Assembly (NCBI GenBank): GCA_034423195.1
Contig: DAOUIZ010000051.1
Span: 56,174-120,173, forward strand
Length of the DNA: 64,000 bases
Direction: 5' to 3'
Origin: Dehalococcoidia bacterium
GTDB lineage: Bacteria > Chloroflexota > Dehalococcoidia > Lucifugimonadales > UBA3495
In this document: positions 8,000 to 16,331 of the stretch, one piece after another
How positions within the stretch are numbered: position 1 is the first letter of the stretch
Layout: every line of letters begins with the position of its first letter
Notes under the pieces: model-generated
Databases searched by the model: none
What the model saw: the letters and a program-made list of their open reading frames with translations, nothing else
Told to the model about the DNA's origin: nothing
Program-made: the position numbers and the translations under genes

Positions 8000-10282
8000 A
8001 TGGTTGAGTTCAAAGTCCTCGAGCAGAATCACCCCCGCGTCGACGGATTGGACAAGGTGACCGGCCGGGCCACCTACGCCGCCGACGTCTACCTCCCGGG
8101 GATGGCCTGGTGCAAGCTCGCCACCAGCACCCGGTCCCACGCCCGCATCGTCAGCATCGACGTTTCCCGGGCCCGCGAGCTACCCGGCGTCTACGCCGTC
8201 ATCACTGGCTCTGACTTCCCCGACATCCACTTCGGCTCCGGCGGCCTCAAGGACCGCTACGTCATGGCCCGCGACGAGGTCTACTACGTCGGCGAACCCA
8301 TCGCCGCCGTCGCCGCCGTCGACGAGATGACCGCCCAGGAAGCCGTCGACCTCATCCAGGTCGAATACGAGGACCTGCCCGTGGTGGTCGATGTCCTTGA
8401 CGCCCTCCGGGAAGGTTCCTCCACCGTCCATCCCGACCTCCCCGACTTCGAGGGATTCGGGTTCGCCCTCGGCGGAGAGAACGTCTGCACCCTCCTCGAC
8501 GCCGACCGGGGCGACGTGGACGCCGCCTTCCAGCAGGCCGACCTCGTCATCGAGGACACCTTCCGCAGCCAGGGCATCAACCAGGGCTTCCTTGAACCGA
8601 TGGCCTGTGTCGCCGGTGTCGAAGCCAACGGCCGCCTCACCGTCTGGGCCTCGACCCAGGGCCCCTACCAGGTCCGCGCCCAACTGGCTTCCGTGTTGGA
8701 TATGCCCCTCTCCAACATCCGGGTCATCCCCATGGAGCTGGGCGGCGGCTTCGGCGCCAAGCTGCGTCTTGCCTTCGAAGCCTACCCCGCCCTGCTGTCC
8801 ATGAAGACCGGACGCCCGGTCAAGCTGGTCAACACCCGCGAGGAGGTCTTCACCCTCAACGGTCCCCGCCTTCCCGTCGCCAACTACATCCGCTCCGGCG
8901 TCAACAGCGACGGAAAGATAATCGCCCGGGAAGCCTTCAGCGTCTTCGATGTCGGCGCCTACCTCGGCGCCGGCCCCAACTCCGGCGTCGGCCACGGATT
9001 GGGCGCCTACAACGTCCCCAACTTCCGTCTCCGCTCCTACGGCGTCTACACCAACAAGGTCTACGTCGGCTCCTACCGCGCCTCCGGCGTCGCCGACATG
9101 ACCTTCGCCGTCGAGTCCCACACCGACAACATCGCCCACAAGCTCGGCATGGACCCGGTCGAGTTCCGACGGATCAACTGCCTCCGGGAAGGCGACACCG
9201 CCGTCAACGGCTCCGCCATGCCCCGCAACGGCCTCCAGGAATGTCTCGACGCCCTCAAGGAGCGCCTTGACCTGCCGAAGAAGCTTGGCCAGCGCCGCGG
9301 TGTCGGCGTGGCCCTATGCGAGTGGCGCAGCGGCAGCGGCCCCTCCACGGCCTCGATAAGCGTCAACGAGGACGGTACCGTCAGCCTCCTCACCGGCTCG
9401 GTGGACATCTCCGGCAGCGACACCTCCCTGGCCGCCATCGCAGCCGAGACCCTCGGATTGCCCATGGAGCGCGTGATCGTCGCCAAGCGCGATACCGACC
9501 TCGCCCCCTTCACCGGCCCCAGCGGCGGCAGCCGCATCGTTTACAGCCAGGGAACCGCCGTCCAGCGCGCCGCCGAGGATGCCCGGGACAAGCTCATCGC
9601 CATCGCCGCCGACCGCTTCGGCGTCCCCGCCGATGCCCTCGCCTGCGAGGACGGAGCGGTGTTCGTCCAGGACAACCCGCCCCAGAAGCTGACCATCAGC
9701 CAGCTTGCCTCCATGAGTCTCAACTCCCGCGGCGGACCCATCATCGGCACCGCCTCCCTCTCCACCATGCCCTTCACCCCGGTTTACAGCGCCCACGGCG
9801 CCGAGGTCCTCGTGGATGAGGACACCGGCCAGGTCCGCGTCACCCGCTACGTTCAGGCCCAGGACGTCGGCACCGCCATCAACCCCATGGCCGTCGAAGG
9901 ACAACTCGACGGCGGAGCCGTCCAGGGCATCGGCCGCGCCCTCACCGAGGATATGCTCTTCGACCCCGAGACCGGCGCGGTGCGCAATCCCTCCTTTGCC
10001 ACCTACCTCATGCCGCTCGCTGTGGACCTTCCTGACATCGAGAACGTCCTCATCCGCGTCCCGGCTGAAGACGGTCCCTTCGGCGCCCGCGCCGTCGCCG
10101 AACCCCCCGGATTCGGGGCTCCCGCCGCCATCGCCAACGCCATCTACGACGCCGTCGGAGTCCGAATCAACGAAATGCCCCTGTCCGCCGAGCGCGTCCT
10201 CGCCGCCCTCCAGGGCCAGCCTGCCGCTGAAATCCCCATGGACGTGCAGGCTCTCAAGGAAGCCGAAGGACTCACCCCATAG
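8000..10282 (+). CDS. xanthine dehydrogenase family, molybdopterin-binding large subunit (not a form I CO dehydrogenase)
   Basis: 760 aa with aldehyde-oxidase/XDH a/b-hammerhead and MoCo-domain motifs (GGGFG, GSYRASG, EPPGFGAP). The CODH form I loop VAYRCSFR is absent. Confidence 0.9.
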   Translation: MVEFKVLEQNHPRVDGLDKVTGRATYAADVYLPGMAWCKLATSTRSHARIVSIDVSRARELPGVYAVITGSDFPDIHFGSGGLKDRYVMARDEVYYVGEPIAAVAAVDEMTAQEAVDLIQVEYEDLPVVVDVLDALREGSSTVHPDLPDFEGFGFALGGENVCTLLDADRGDVDAAFQQADLVIEDTFRSQGINQGFLEPMACVAGVEANGRLTVWASTQGPYQVRAQLASVLDMPLSNIRVIPMELGGGFGAKLRLAFEAYPALLSMKTGRPVKLVNTREEVFTLNGPRLPVANYIRSGVNSDGKIIAREAFSVFDVGAYLGAGPNSGVGHGLGAYNVPNFRLRSYGVYTNKVYVGSYRASGVADMTFAVESHTDNIAHKLGMDPVEFRRINCLREGDTAVNGSAMPRNGLQECLDALKERLDLPKKLGQRRGVGVALCEWRSGSGPSTASISVNEDGTVSLLTGSVDISGSDTSLAAIAAETLGLPMERVIVAKRDTDLAPFTGPSGGSRIVYSQGTAVQRAAEDARDKLIAIAADRFGVPADALACEDGAVFVQDNPPQKLTISQLASMSLNSRGGPIIGTASLSTMPFTPVYSAHGAEVLVDEDTGQVRVTRYVQAQDVGTAINPMAVEGQLDGGAVQGIGRALTEDMLFDPETGAVRNPSFATYLMPLAVDLPDIENVLIRVPAEDGPFGARAVAEPPGFGAPAAIANAIYDAVGVRINEMPLSAERVLAALQGQPAAEIPMDVQALKEAEGLTP

Positions 10283-10283
10283 C

Positions 10284-10297
10284 TTGTCCTTGGACAA
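10284..10297. promoter_or_regulatory. 14-bp palindrome TTGTCCTTGGACAA
   Basis: Perfect 6-bp inverted half-sites TTGTCC and GGACAA separated by 2 nt. Starts directly after the large-subunit stop codon. The half-site matches the TGTCC motif of the phased arrays. Confidence 0.3.
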
Positions 10298-10314
10298 CCG
10301 GCTCCCGTCAATAC

Positions 10315-10338
10315 AGGCCCGGTGTTTGTGCCGGGCCT
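10315..10338. terminator. GC hairpin between convergent genes
   Basis: Stem AGGCCCGG, loop tgtttgtg, stem CCGGGCCT. No clear U-tract. Confidence 0.35.
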
Positions 10339-10368
10339 CGTAGTTCCCCGGCAAGACCTGCCCGAATC

Positions 10369-10397
10369 CAGGGGGTTCGGGGGATGAATCCCCCGAC
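10369..10397 (+). repeat. REP-like element, copy 2 (CAGGGGGTTCGGGGGATGAATCCCCCGAC)
   Basis: Near-identical to 10931-10960 and in the same orientation. The two copies bracket the PPOX gene. Confidence 0.6.
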
Positions 10398-10420
10398 GGA
10401 CCCGGTCCTTGCCCCTCAGC

Positions 10421-10840
10421 TCACGCCGCCGTTCCATAAACCCTGCGTGGAACCACAATCACCGCCGACCGCCTGTCCTCCACCATCGCCGCGTCGTATT
10501 CGTCCCAGTTCGGATGCTCCTCTCCGGACGCCGTCCGGTAAACGTCCCTCAGCACGTCCCGGTACTCCTCGGCGGATGCGTTGTCCTGGGAAACAATCTC
10601 CGCCGATCCTTCCAGCACCACGAACCCCCACCAGCTCTCGTTGGATACCAGCAGCGAGCAGCGCGGGTCCCGGTGCAGGTTTACCAGCTTGGCCCGGTCG
10701 GCCGTCGTCGTAAACGCCACTCCCTCCCGGTACGGCCCGCAGCTGACGATGCTCATCTGCGCCGCCCCGTTCCGACGGAACGTCGTCAACACCCCCCGGT
10801 GCGTCTGTCCCAGAAACTCCCTCACCCTGTCGGTCAACAT
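10421..10840 (-). CDS. PPOX-class (pyridoxamine 5'-phosphate oxidase fold) oxidoreductase, probably F420-dependent
   Basis: Start chosen at MLTDRV, 7 nt after GGAGGA. GVLTTFRRNGAAQMSIV...AFTTTADRAKLVNLHRDPRCSLLV is typical of the Rv1155-like family. Confidence 0.75.
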   Translation of the reverse strand: MLTDRVREFLGQTHRGVLTTFRRNGAAQMSIVSCGPYREGVAFTTTADRAKLVNLHRDPRCSLLVSNESWWGFVVLEGSAEIVSQDNASAEEYRDVLRDVYRTASGEEHPNWDEYDAAMVEDRRSAVIVVPRRVYGTAA

Positions 10841-10930
10841 AAACCTATCCTCCATCCTGCGTGCTGTCTCCCCGCCGTGTCTATCGTGAACCCCGGCAGA
10901 CCTCGGAACACCATGTCGGACCCACAATTT

Positions 10931-10960
10931 CAGGGGGTTTGGGGGATGGAATCCCCCAAA
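10931..10960 (+). repeat. REP-like element, copy 3 (CAGGGGGTTTGGGGGATGGAATCCCCCAAA)
   Basis: See copies at 6346 and 10369. Confidence 0.6.
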
Positions 10961-11003
10961 GGGCCCCGTCCCCCGCTCTCAAACCTGCCGCGCCATCCCC
11001 GCC

Positions 11004-13589
11004 CTAGCTCAGGGAGAACGTCGAACCATCCTCATCCTTCTGGACTTCAATCCGCACCGGAAACATATCCTTCAGATCGTCCAGGTGGGTGATGACGATG
11101 ATTTTGTCGAACTCGTCCTGTATCGCGCTGATAACGTCCAGGATGCGTTCCCGTCCCGACCCGTCCTGCGTCCCGAACCCTTCGTCAATGAACAGCGTCG
11201 GCAGCGGCGCCCCCATCCGTTGCGCCAGCACCTTGGATAGCGCAATCCGCAGCGCCAGGTTCACCCGGAACGCCTCACCGCCGCTGTACATCTCGTAGCT
11301 GCGGGGCCCCAGCTCATCGCTGACGTTTATCTCCAGCGTCTCTATCGCTTCCCCCCGTCCGCTGCGCCGTTCCCTCTGCGTCTCCAGCTTCACGTGCATC
11401 CGGTTGTCCGTCATCCGCCCCAGGAGCAGGTTGGCCTCCTCCTCCAGCCGGGGAACCACAGTTTCTATCAGCATCGCCTGGACGCCCTGCCTCCCGAACG
11501 CAGTCACCAGCTCCTGGAAGATGCTCTGCTCCTTCTCGTGCTCCCTCAACCGCCCCGAGTGCTGCTCCACGTCCCTCTGGACCTCAGCCAGCCTCTGCAC
11601 CTGTCCCTCCAGGTAGCCCTTGCGGGCCTGGTAGGATGCCCGTTCCCCGTCCCGTGCCGCCGCTTCCTGCTGGGCTTCCTCCAGGCGGCGTTCCAACCCC
11701 GGGAATCCCTCCAGGGATGCCTCAATGGCGCTCACCCGGGCCTCCAATTCTGCCAGTTCGTCCTTCCGGCGGCCCAGCAACTCCCGTGTCCGGTCCAGCG
11801 CCTCCTGTTCATCGGGAAGCCGCTCCAGGGCCAGCGCCAGTTCCCGCGACCGCGCTTCAAACCCCTGCAGTTCCTGGATTTCCTGGTAACTGTTTCGCCA
11901 GTCGGATTCCCGGTACGGCACCTCCCTCAGCCGCCCTTCCACTTTGTCCAGTTCCCCCATCTCCACAACAGCGAACCCTCCCGACTCCAACTCGGCCCTG
12001 CCCCGCGCCAGCTGTGGCTTCAACCTCCCCACTTCCTCCTGGGCTGCGTGGGATTCGGCCAGTTGCCGCTCCAGGTCCTGCAGCCCCAGCTGGGCATCCC
12101 GCCTTTTCTTCTCCAGGGCCAACTCCCGGACCGGCAGCGCCTTCTCCACTTCTTCCTGCTCCCCCTCCAGCCCCCTTAGCCTGGATCGGGCAGCCCGGAA
12201 CATTTCCCTCAGCTCTTCAACTTGAGACTCGTACTGGCTTGCCAACCGTCCGCACCCGTCCATCCCCAGCGGCGTTCCGCACAACGGGCAGACCGCCCCC
12301 TCCTCCGTGGGTTGCGCCAGAAGGTCCAGCTTGCCGCGAATCTCCTTCCCTTCTCTTTCATAGTGTTCCACCAGTCCCCTGGTTTCGCCGATTTGCGTCG
12401 CCAGCCCCCGTTGCCGCTCCCTCTCTAGCGCTATCCCCTGGTCCTCCTTTGCTAGGGACGCCAGCTCCCTCCGCCGCTCCTCTGCGGCTGCCGCCAGCTC
12501 GTGTTCCCCCGACGCCTTCGGGACTAATTCCTCGTCGATTCGCCGCGCCAACTGCGCCAGCTCTCCCTCCGCTTGGACTCGCTTCAAGGCGATCTCCTGC
12601 GTTAGCTCCTCCTTCCTCTTGTTCAAGGCCTCGTAGATGCCCCTCAGCTCTTCCAGTGCCCGGAATCGTTCCTGCGCTTCCCGGAGACGCTTCAACCCAT
12701 CGTTGATTTCGTCGGCCTTCTCGGCGATAACCCGGGATTCCCTCAACCGCCGCTCCATGCCGGAAACCTGGGATTCCAACTGGCGGATTTCCAGGTTTGC
12801 CCCGCCCAGGTTCCTGCGCAGATCGTCAAGTTCGGCTTGCCGTCTCAGGCCCGCATCAACGGCCTTCCTGGCTTCCTCCTCGGCTCTCCTGGCCGCGCCC
12901 AGCCTGGCTTCCACGTTTTCCAGCTGCCTTGCCGCCAGCTCCAGCTCCGATGCCGGGTCTCCTATCTGCTCAATCTGGGACCGGCCCTGTTCCACCAGGG
13001 CGGCGCTCTGAGCTGTCCCCACTCGCGCCCCTTCCAGCCTTCTCCGGGCCCGTTCCTGGTAGGTATCGTAGGCTTGCAGGTCCAACAGCGATGCCAGGAC
13101 TGCTTTCCGTTCCGCCGGCGTCTTGCTCGTGAACTCGTCCGCCCGCCCCTGCATCAGGAACGCCGAGTTTATGAACGTCTCGTAGTCCATCCCCGCCAGT
13201 TGCTCGATTTTGGCCTGCGTCTCCCGGACCGTGTTCCCGCCAACGGGTTGGGCGTCCCCCCCGTTCAGCGACTGCAATTGCAGGTCCGTTGCCCCCGGAC
13301 GGTTCCGTCCCCTCGCCCGGGAATGGCTCCGGATCACCCGGAACAGGTCGCCCCGGGACAGGAACTCCAGCTCTACACGCGCTTCGGGAGCGCCATAGTT
13401 GATCAGCTCGTCCTGTGTGCGTCCTCGCGCCTTCCCCCACAGGCACCAGGTAATGGCATCCAGCAGCGCCGACTTCCCGTGCCCATTGTTCCCGCACAGG
13501 CAGGCCACGTGAACGCCTGTCAGGTCCAGCGTCGGAGCGCCCTCCCGGTAGGACAGGAAGTTCTTTACGGATAGCTTCACGGGGATCAT
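11004..13589 (-). CDS. sbcC: SbcC/Rad50-family ATPase with coiled coil and CxxC zinc hook
   Basis: Walker A CGNNGHGKSALLDAITW. Long Glu/Arg/Leu-rich coiled coil with a central hook VCPLCGTP. Signature YSGGEAFRVNLALR and Walker B LFIDEGFG. Confidence 0.88.
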   Translation of the reverse strand: MIPVKLSVKNFLSYREGAPTLDLTGVHVACLCGNNGHGKSALLDAITWCLWGKARGRTQDELINYGAPEARVELEFLSRGDLFRVIRSHSRARGRNRPGATDLQLQSLNGGDAQPVGGNTVRETQAKIEQLAGMDYETFINSAFLMQGRADEFTSKTPAERKAVLASLLDLQAYDTYQERARRRLEGARVGTAQSAALVEQGRSQIEQIGDPASELELAARQLENVEARLGAARRAEEEARKAVDAGLRRQAELDDLRRNLGGANLEIRQLESQVSGMERRLRESRVIAEKADEINDGLKRLREAQERFRALEELRGIYEALNKRKEELTQEIALKRVQAEGELAQLARRIDEELVPKASGEHELAAAAEERRRELASLAKEDQGIALERERQRGLATQIGETRGLVEHYEREGKEIRGKLDLLAQPTEEGAVCPLCGTPLGMDGCGRLASQYESQVEELREMFRAARSRLRGLEGEQEEVEKALPVRELALEKKRRDAQLGLQDLERQLAESHAAQEEVGRLKPQLARGRAELESGGFAVVEMGELDKVEGRLREVPYRESDWRNSYQEIQELQGFEARSRELALALERLPDEQEALDRTRELLGRRKDELAELEARVSAIEASLEGFPGLERRLEEAQQEAAARDGERASYQARKGYLEGQVQRLAEVQRDVEQHSGRLREHEKEQSIFQELVTAFGRQGVQAMLIETVVPRLEEEANLLLGRMTDNRMHVKLETQRERRSGRGEAIETLEINVSDELGPRSYEMYSGGEAFRVNLALRIALSKVLAQRMGAPLPTLFIDEGFGTQDGSGRERILDVISAIQDEFDKIIVITHLDDLKDMFPVRIEVQKDEDGSTFSLS

Positions 13590-13788
13590 CGTCAGGTCTC
13601 CCGAACGCGGTGGCTTCGGCCCGTCATCTCTGAAATTCTAACACCCCGCTTTCCCGCCGCCGCTGCAGCGTCCCGAACCTGCCCTGAACATGGTAAACTC
13701 CGGGTAGTCGGCTTCGAATAATCGAAAGCTGGTGCCGCTTTATGCAGTCCCCCAGCAGAAATTCTTGGCCGAACCGTCCAGCATAACG

Positions 13789-14559
13789 ATGGAAACCGCC
13801 GCAATTCCCATCATTGAAGCCGCCGACCTCCGCAAGACCTACGGCTCCCACCCGGCCGTGGACGGTGTCTCCTTCCACGTCCTACCCGGGGAAGTTTTCG
13901 GCATCCTCGGCCCCAACGGAGCCGGAAAGACCACCACCATCGAAATCCTGGAAGGAATGCGCCGTCCCGATAGCGGGACCGCTTTCGTCAACGGCATCAA
14001 CGTTGTCGATGACCCCCGCGGCGTCAAGTCCGTCATCGGAATCCAGCTCCAGTCCTCCGCCTTTTTCGACAAGCTTTCCCTTGCCGAAATTCTCTCCGTC
14101 TTTGCCTCCTTCTTCCGTCGCCGCGTTCAGCCGGCGGACATCCTCGCCCAGGTTGAAATGGAAGAACGCGCCAGGGCACGGTACAAGGACCTGTCTGGAG
14201 GCCAGAAGCAGCGTTTTTCCATCGCTGCCGCCCTCGTCAACGACCCGCCCATCCTTTTCCTCGACGAACCCACCACCGGCCTCGACCCCCAGTCCCGCCA
14301 TCACTTGTGGGAGCTCGTCCAGAAATTCCAGTCTCTGGGCAAGACCATCCTTTTGACCACTCACTACATGGAAGAAGCGGAGGAACTCTGCGACCGCGTC
14401 GCCATCATGGACCACGGTGAAATCGTCGCCCTGGACAACCCCGGCTCCCTCGTCGATGACCTCCTGGACCGTGGCTTCACCAAGCCTCACGTCGAACGCC
14501 AGGCCAACCTCGAAGACGTATTCCTTGACCTCACCGGCCGGCAGTTGCGGGACGGCTGA
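13789..14559 (+). CDS. ABC transporter ATP-binding protein
   Basis: Walker A GPNGAGKTT, signature LSGGQKQR, Walker B ILFLDEPT. Start trimmed to METAAIP. Confidence 0.9.
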   Translation: METAAIPIIEAADLRKTYGSHPAVDGVSFHVLPGEVFGILGPNGAGKTTTIEILEGMRRPDSGTAFVNGINVVDDPRGVKSVIGIQLQSSAFFDKLSLAEILSVFASFFRRRVQPADILAQVEMEERARARYKDLSGGQKQRFSIAAALVNDPPILFLDEPTTGLDPQSRHHLWELVQKFQSLGKTILLTTHYMEEAEELCDRVAIMDHGEIVALDNPGSLVDDLLDRGFTKPHVERQANLEDVFLDLTGRQLRDG

Positions 14560-14561
14560 CT

Positions 14562-15644
14562 TTGCTCTCCAACCCCACCCTCGTCCTCACCGTCGCCTCC
14601 ATGAAGATGTGGTTCCGCGACCGTCAGGCCCTCTTCTGGAACCTCTTCCTCCCCCTCCTCCTGATGGTCATCTTCGGCCTGTTCAACTTCGGCTCCTTCG
14701 GCCGGATTGACCTTGGCGTGGTTGACCACGCCGCCAACCGCGAGTCCCGCGCCCTCGTCGCCCTTCTCGAAGCCTCCGAGGGATTCAACGTCGCTCCCGG
14801 GGACAGCGAGGATTCCGAGATCCAGGCCGTTGGCGCTGGAAAGCGCGACCTCGTTCTGATTATCCCCGCCGACTTCACCGTTGAGGGCGACCCCATCCCC
14901 CTGAAAGTCCTCTACAACCAGGGCCGTCCCCGGGAATCCGAAGTCGGACAGGCCGTTCTGACCCGCATCCTCGACGAGATGACCTTCCAGTTCGGCGACG
15001 CCTCCCGGCTTTTCGTCTTTCACGCCGAGCCCGTGGACAGCCGACGCCTCCGCTACATCGACTTCCTGACCCCCGGGATCATCGCCCTGGCCATCATGCA
15101 GATGGGACTGTTCAGCGTCGCCTTCGCCTTCGTCCAGCTCAAGCGCCAGGGAATCCTCCGCCGCATGTTCGCCACTCCCGTCAGCCCGGCTTCTTTCCTC
15201 GTCTCCTACTCCGCCACCCGCCTCGTCGTCTCCATCATGCAGACCCTGGTACTCATCGGAGTGGCCATCCTCCTCTTCGACGTCCAGGTGGTCGGAAACA
15301 TCCTCTCCCTCCTGGCCGTTGCCCTCCTCGGCGGCGCCGTGTTCATCACCCTCGGATTCGCCGTCTCCGGCTGGGCTCGCACCGAGGAAGTTGCCGCCCC
15401 CTTGGCCAACGTCGTCTCCCTCCCCATGATGTTCCTGTCGGGAATTTTCTTTCCCCGCGAGGTCATGCCCGAATTCCTCCAGTCCATCACCGACTACCTG
15501 CCCCTGACCTACCTCGCCGACGCCATGCGCAGCATCTCCGTCGATGGCGCCGCCCTCTGGTCCCAGTGGTATAACCTGGCCGGACTCGCCGCCTGGCTCA
15601 TCGTCAGCTTCGCCCTTGCCGTCTGGCTCTTCCGCTGGGAATAA
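14562..15644 (+). CDS. ABC-2 type transporter permease
   Basis: 360 aa. One N-terminal TM helix, an extracytoplasmic loop, then five TM helices. Starts 2 nt after the ATPase gene. Confidence 0.85.
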   Translation: MLSNPTLVLTVASMKMWFRDRQALFWNLFLPLLLMVIFGLFNFGSFGRIDLGVVDHAANRESRALVALLEASEGFNVAPGDSEDSEIQAVGAGKRDLVLIIPADFTVEGDPIPLKVLYNQGRPRESEVGQAVLTRILDEMTFQFGDASRLFVFHAEPVDSRRLRYIDFLTPGIIALAIMQMGLFSVAFAFVQLKRQGILRRMFATPVSPASFLVSYSATRLVVSIMQTLVLIGVAILLFDVQVVGNILSLLAVALLGGAVFITLGFAVSGWARTEEVAAPLANVVSLPMMFLSGIFFPREVMPEFLQSITDYLPLTYLADAMRSISVDGAALWSQWYNLAGLAAWLIVSFALAVWLFRWE

Positions 15645-15748
15645 CCCGTTCCCGGCCCTGTCCTCCCGGCCCCCTGCTGACAATTGCCCCTTTCCACATC
15701 CCCACCCCTTGGGCTAACATGGTAATAGAGAGAATTGCTCTGAAGTCT

Positions 15749-15925
15749 CGGTAGCGCCGCAGGGCTATCGCATGAAGTCTGACTCGCCCATTTCACCTCC
15801 TCTCCCGTCATTCCCGCGCAGGCGGGAATCCAGACCCCCGTCGTCCATTCCCCGCAATGTGGTGTTTACCATTCACTGGAAATCTGACCAAACTGGCACT
15901 CATGCGATAGCCCTCGGTAGCGCCG
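15749..15925. mobile_element. MITE-like non-autonomous element (154 bp) with flanking direct repeats
   Basis: Perfect 15-bp terminal inverted repeats AGGGCTATCGCATGA (15761-15775) and TCATGCGATAGCCCT (15900-15914). 11-bp direct repeats CGGTAGCGCCG at 15749-15759 and 15915-15925. Internal palindromic hairpin ATTCCCGC-gcag-GCGGGAAT at 15810-15829. No ORF inside. Confidence 0.45.
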
Positions 15926-16014
15926 TCCCTTCCCTGAACCAATGGGGCAAAATGATGCAAAAAGTAGCAGAGAATTTTCCCGCTCCCAACCCGTCTCTCC
16001 CCTTGGATCAGGGC

Positions 16015-16133
16015 GGACAAACCCGGACACAACCGTGACATTTCCCTGACAAACCCGGACAAAACCCGGACAATCCAGCCCCTCGGCCGGACCCGCTCCA
16101 CGCTCAAATGTCCCGAAATGTCCGCTTTTGTCC
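16015..16133. promoter_or_regulatory. opposed phased arrays of TGTCC-type sites (six reverse, three forward)
   Basis: [GT]GACA starts at 16015, 16025, 16036, 16047, 16057 and 16068 (spacings 10, 11, 11, 10, 11). After 41 nt, TGTCC starts at 16109, 16119 and 16129 (spacings 10, 10). 17-mer AAATGTCCCGAAATGTC (16106-16122) is identical to 3778-3794. Confidence 0.5.
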
Positions 16134-16204
16134 GGGTTTTCAGCCTCTTGGCCCGAACACCCTTCCCGCTGCCTTCAACGGAAGGCAGCCCCGGCCCGTT
16201 TTCC

Positions 16205-16234
16205 TTGACAACCCTTCGGGCACACTCATAAAAT
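16205..16234 (+). promoter_or_regulatory. sigma70-like promoter of the HMGL-like gene
   Basis: TTGACA (16205-16210), 18-nt spacer, TAAAAT (16229-16234). Preceded by hairpin CTGCCTTC-aacg-GAAGGCAG. Confidence 0.5.
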
Positions 16235-16331
16235 CCCGGCAATCGGCCGCAGGAAAACGGCCGCGCATTGGGCCTTGCCCGGATTCCCAGCCCCGTGTAA
16301 CCGCAAAAAACATACCCCCAAGGAGAAGCTT

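Noticed and set aside
8000-10282. Calling the Mo-hydroxylase an aerobic carbon monoxide dehydrogenase (coxMSL).
   Set aside because: The gene order resembles cox, but the large subunit lacks the VAYRCSFR active-site loop of form I CODH. The substrate cannot be assigned from the sequence.
15772-16038. The 88-aa ORF containing SFPRRRESRPP.
   Set aside because: It is the translation of the palindromic hairpin ATTCCCGCGCAGGCGGGAAT within the MITE-like element. This is a well-known type of spurious ORF.
16015-16133. CRISPR array.
   Set aside because: The repeat period is only 10-11 bp, there are no unique spacers, the two blocks have opposite orientation, and there are no cas genes.
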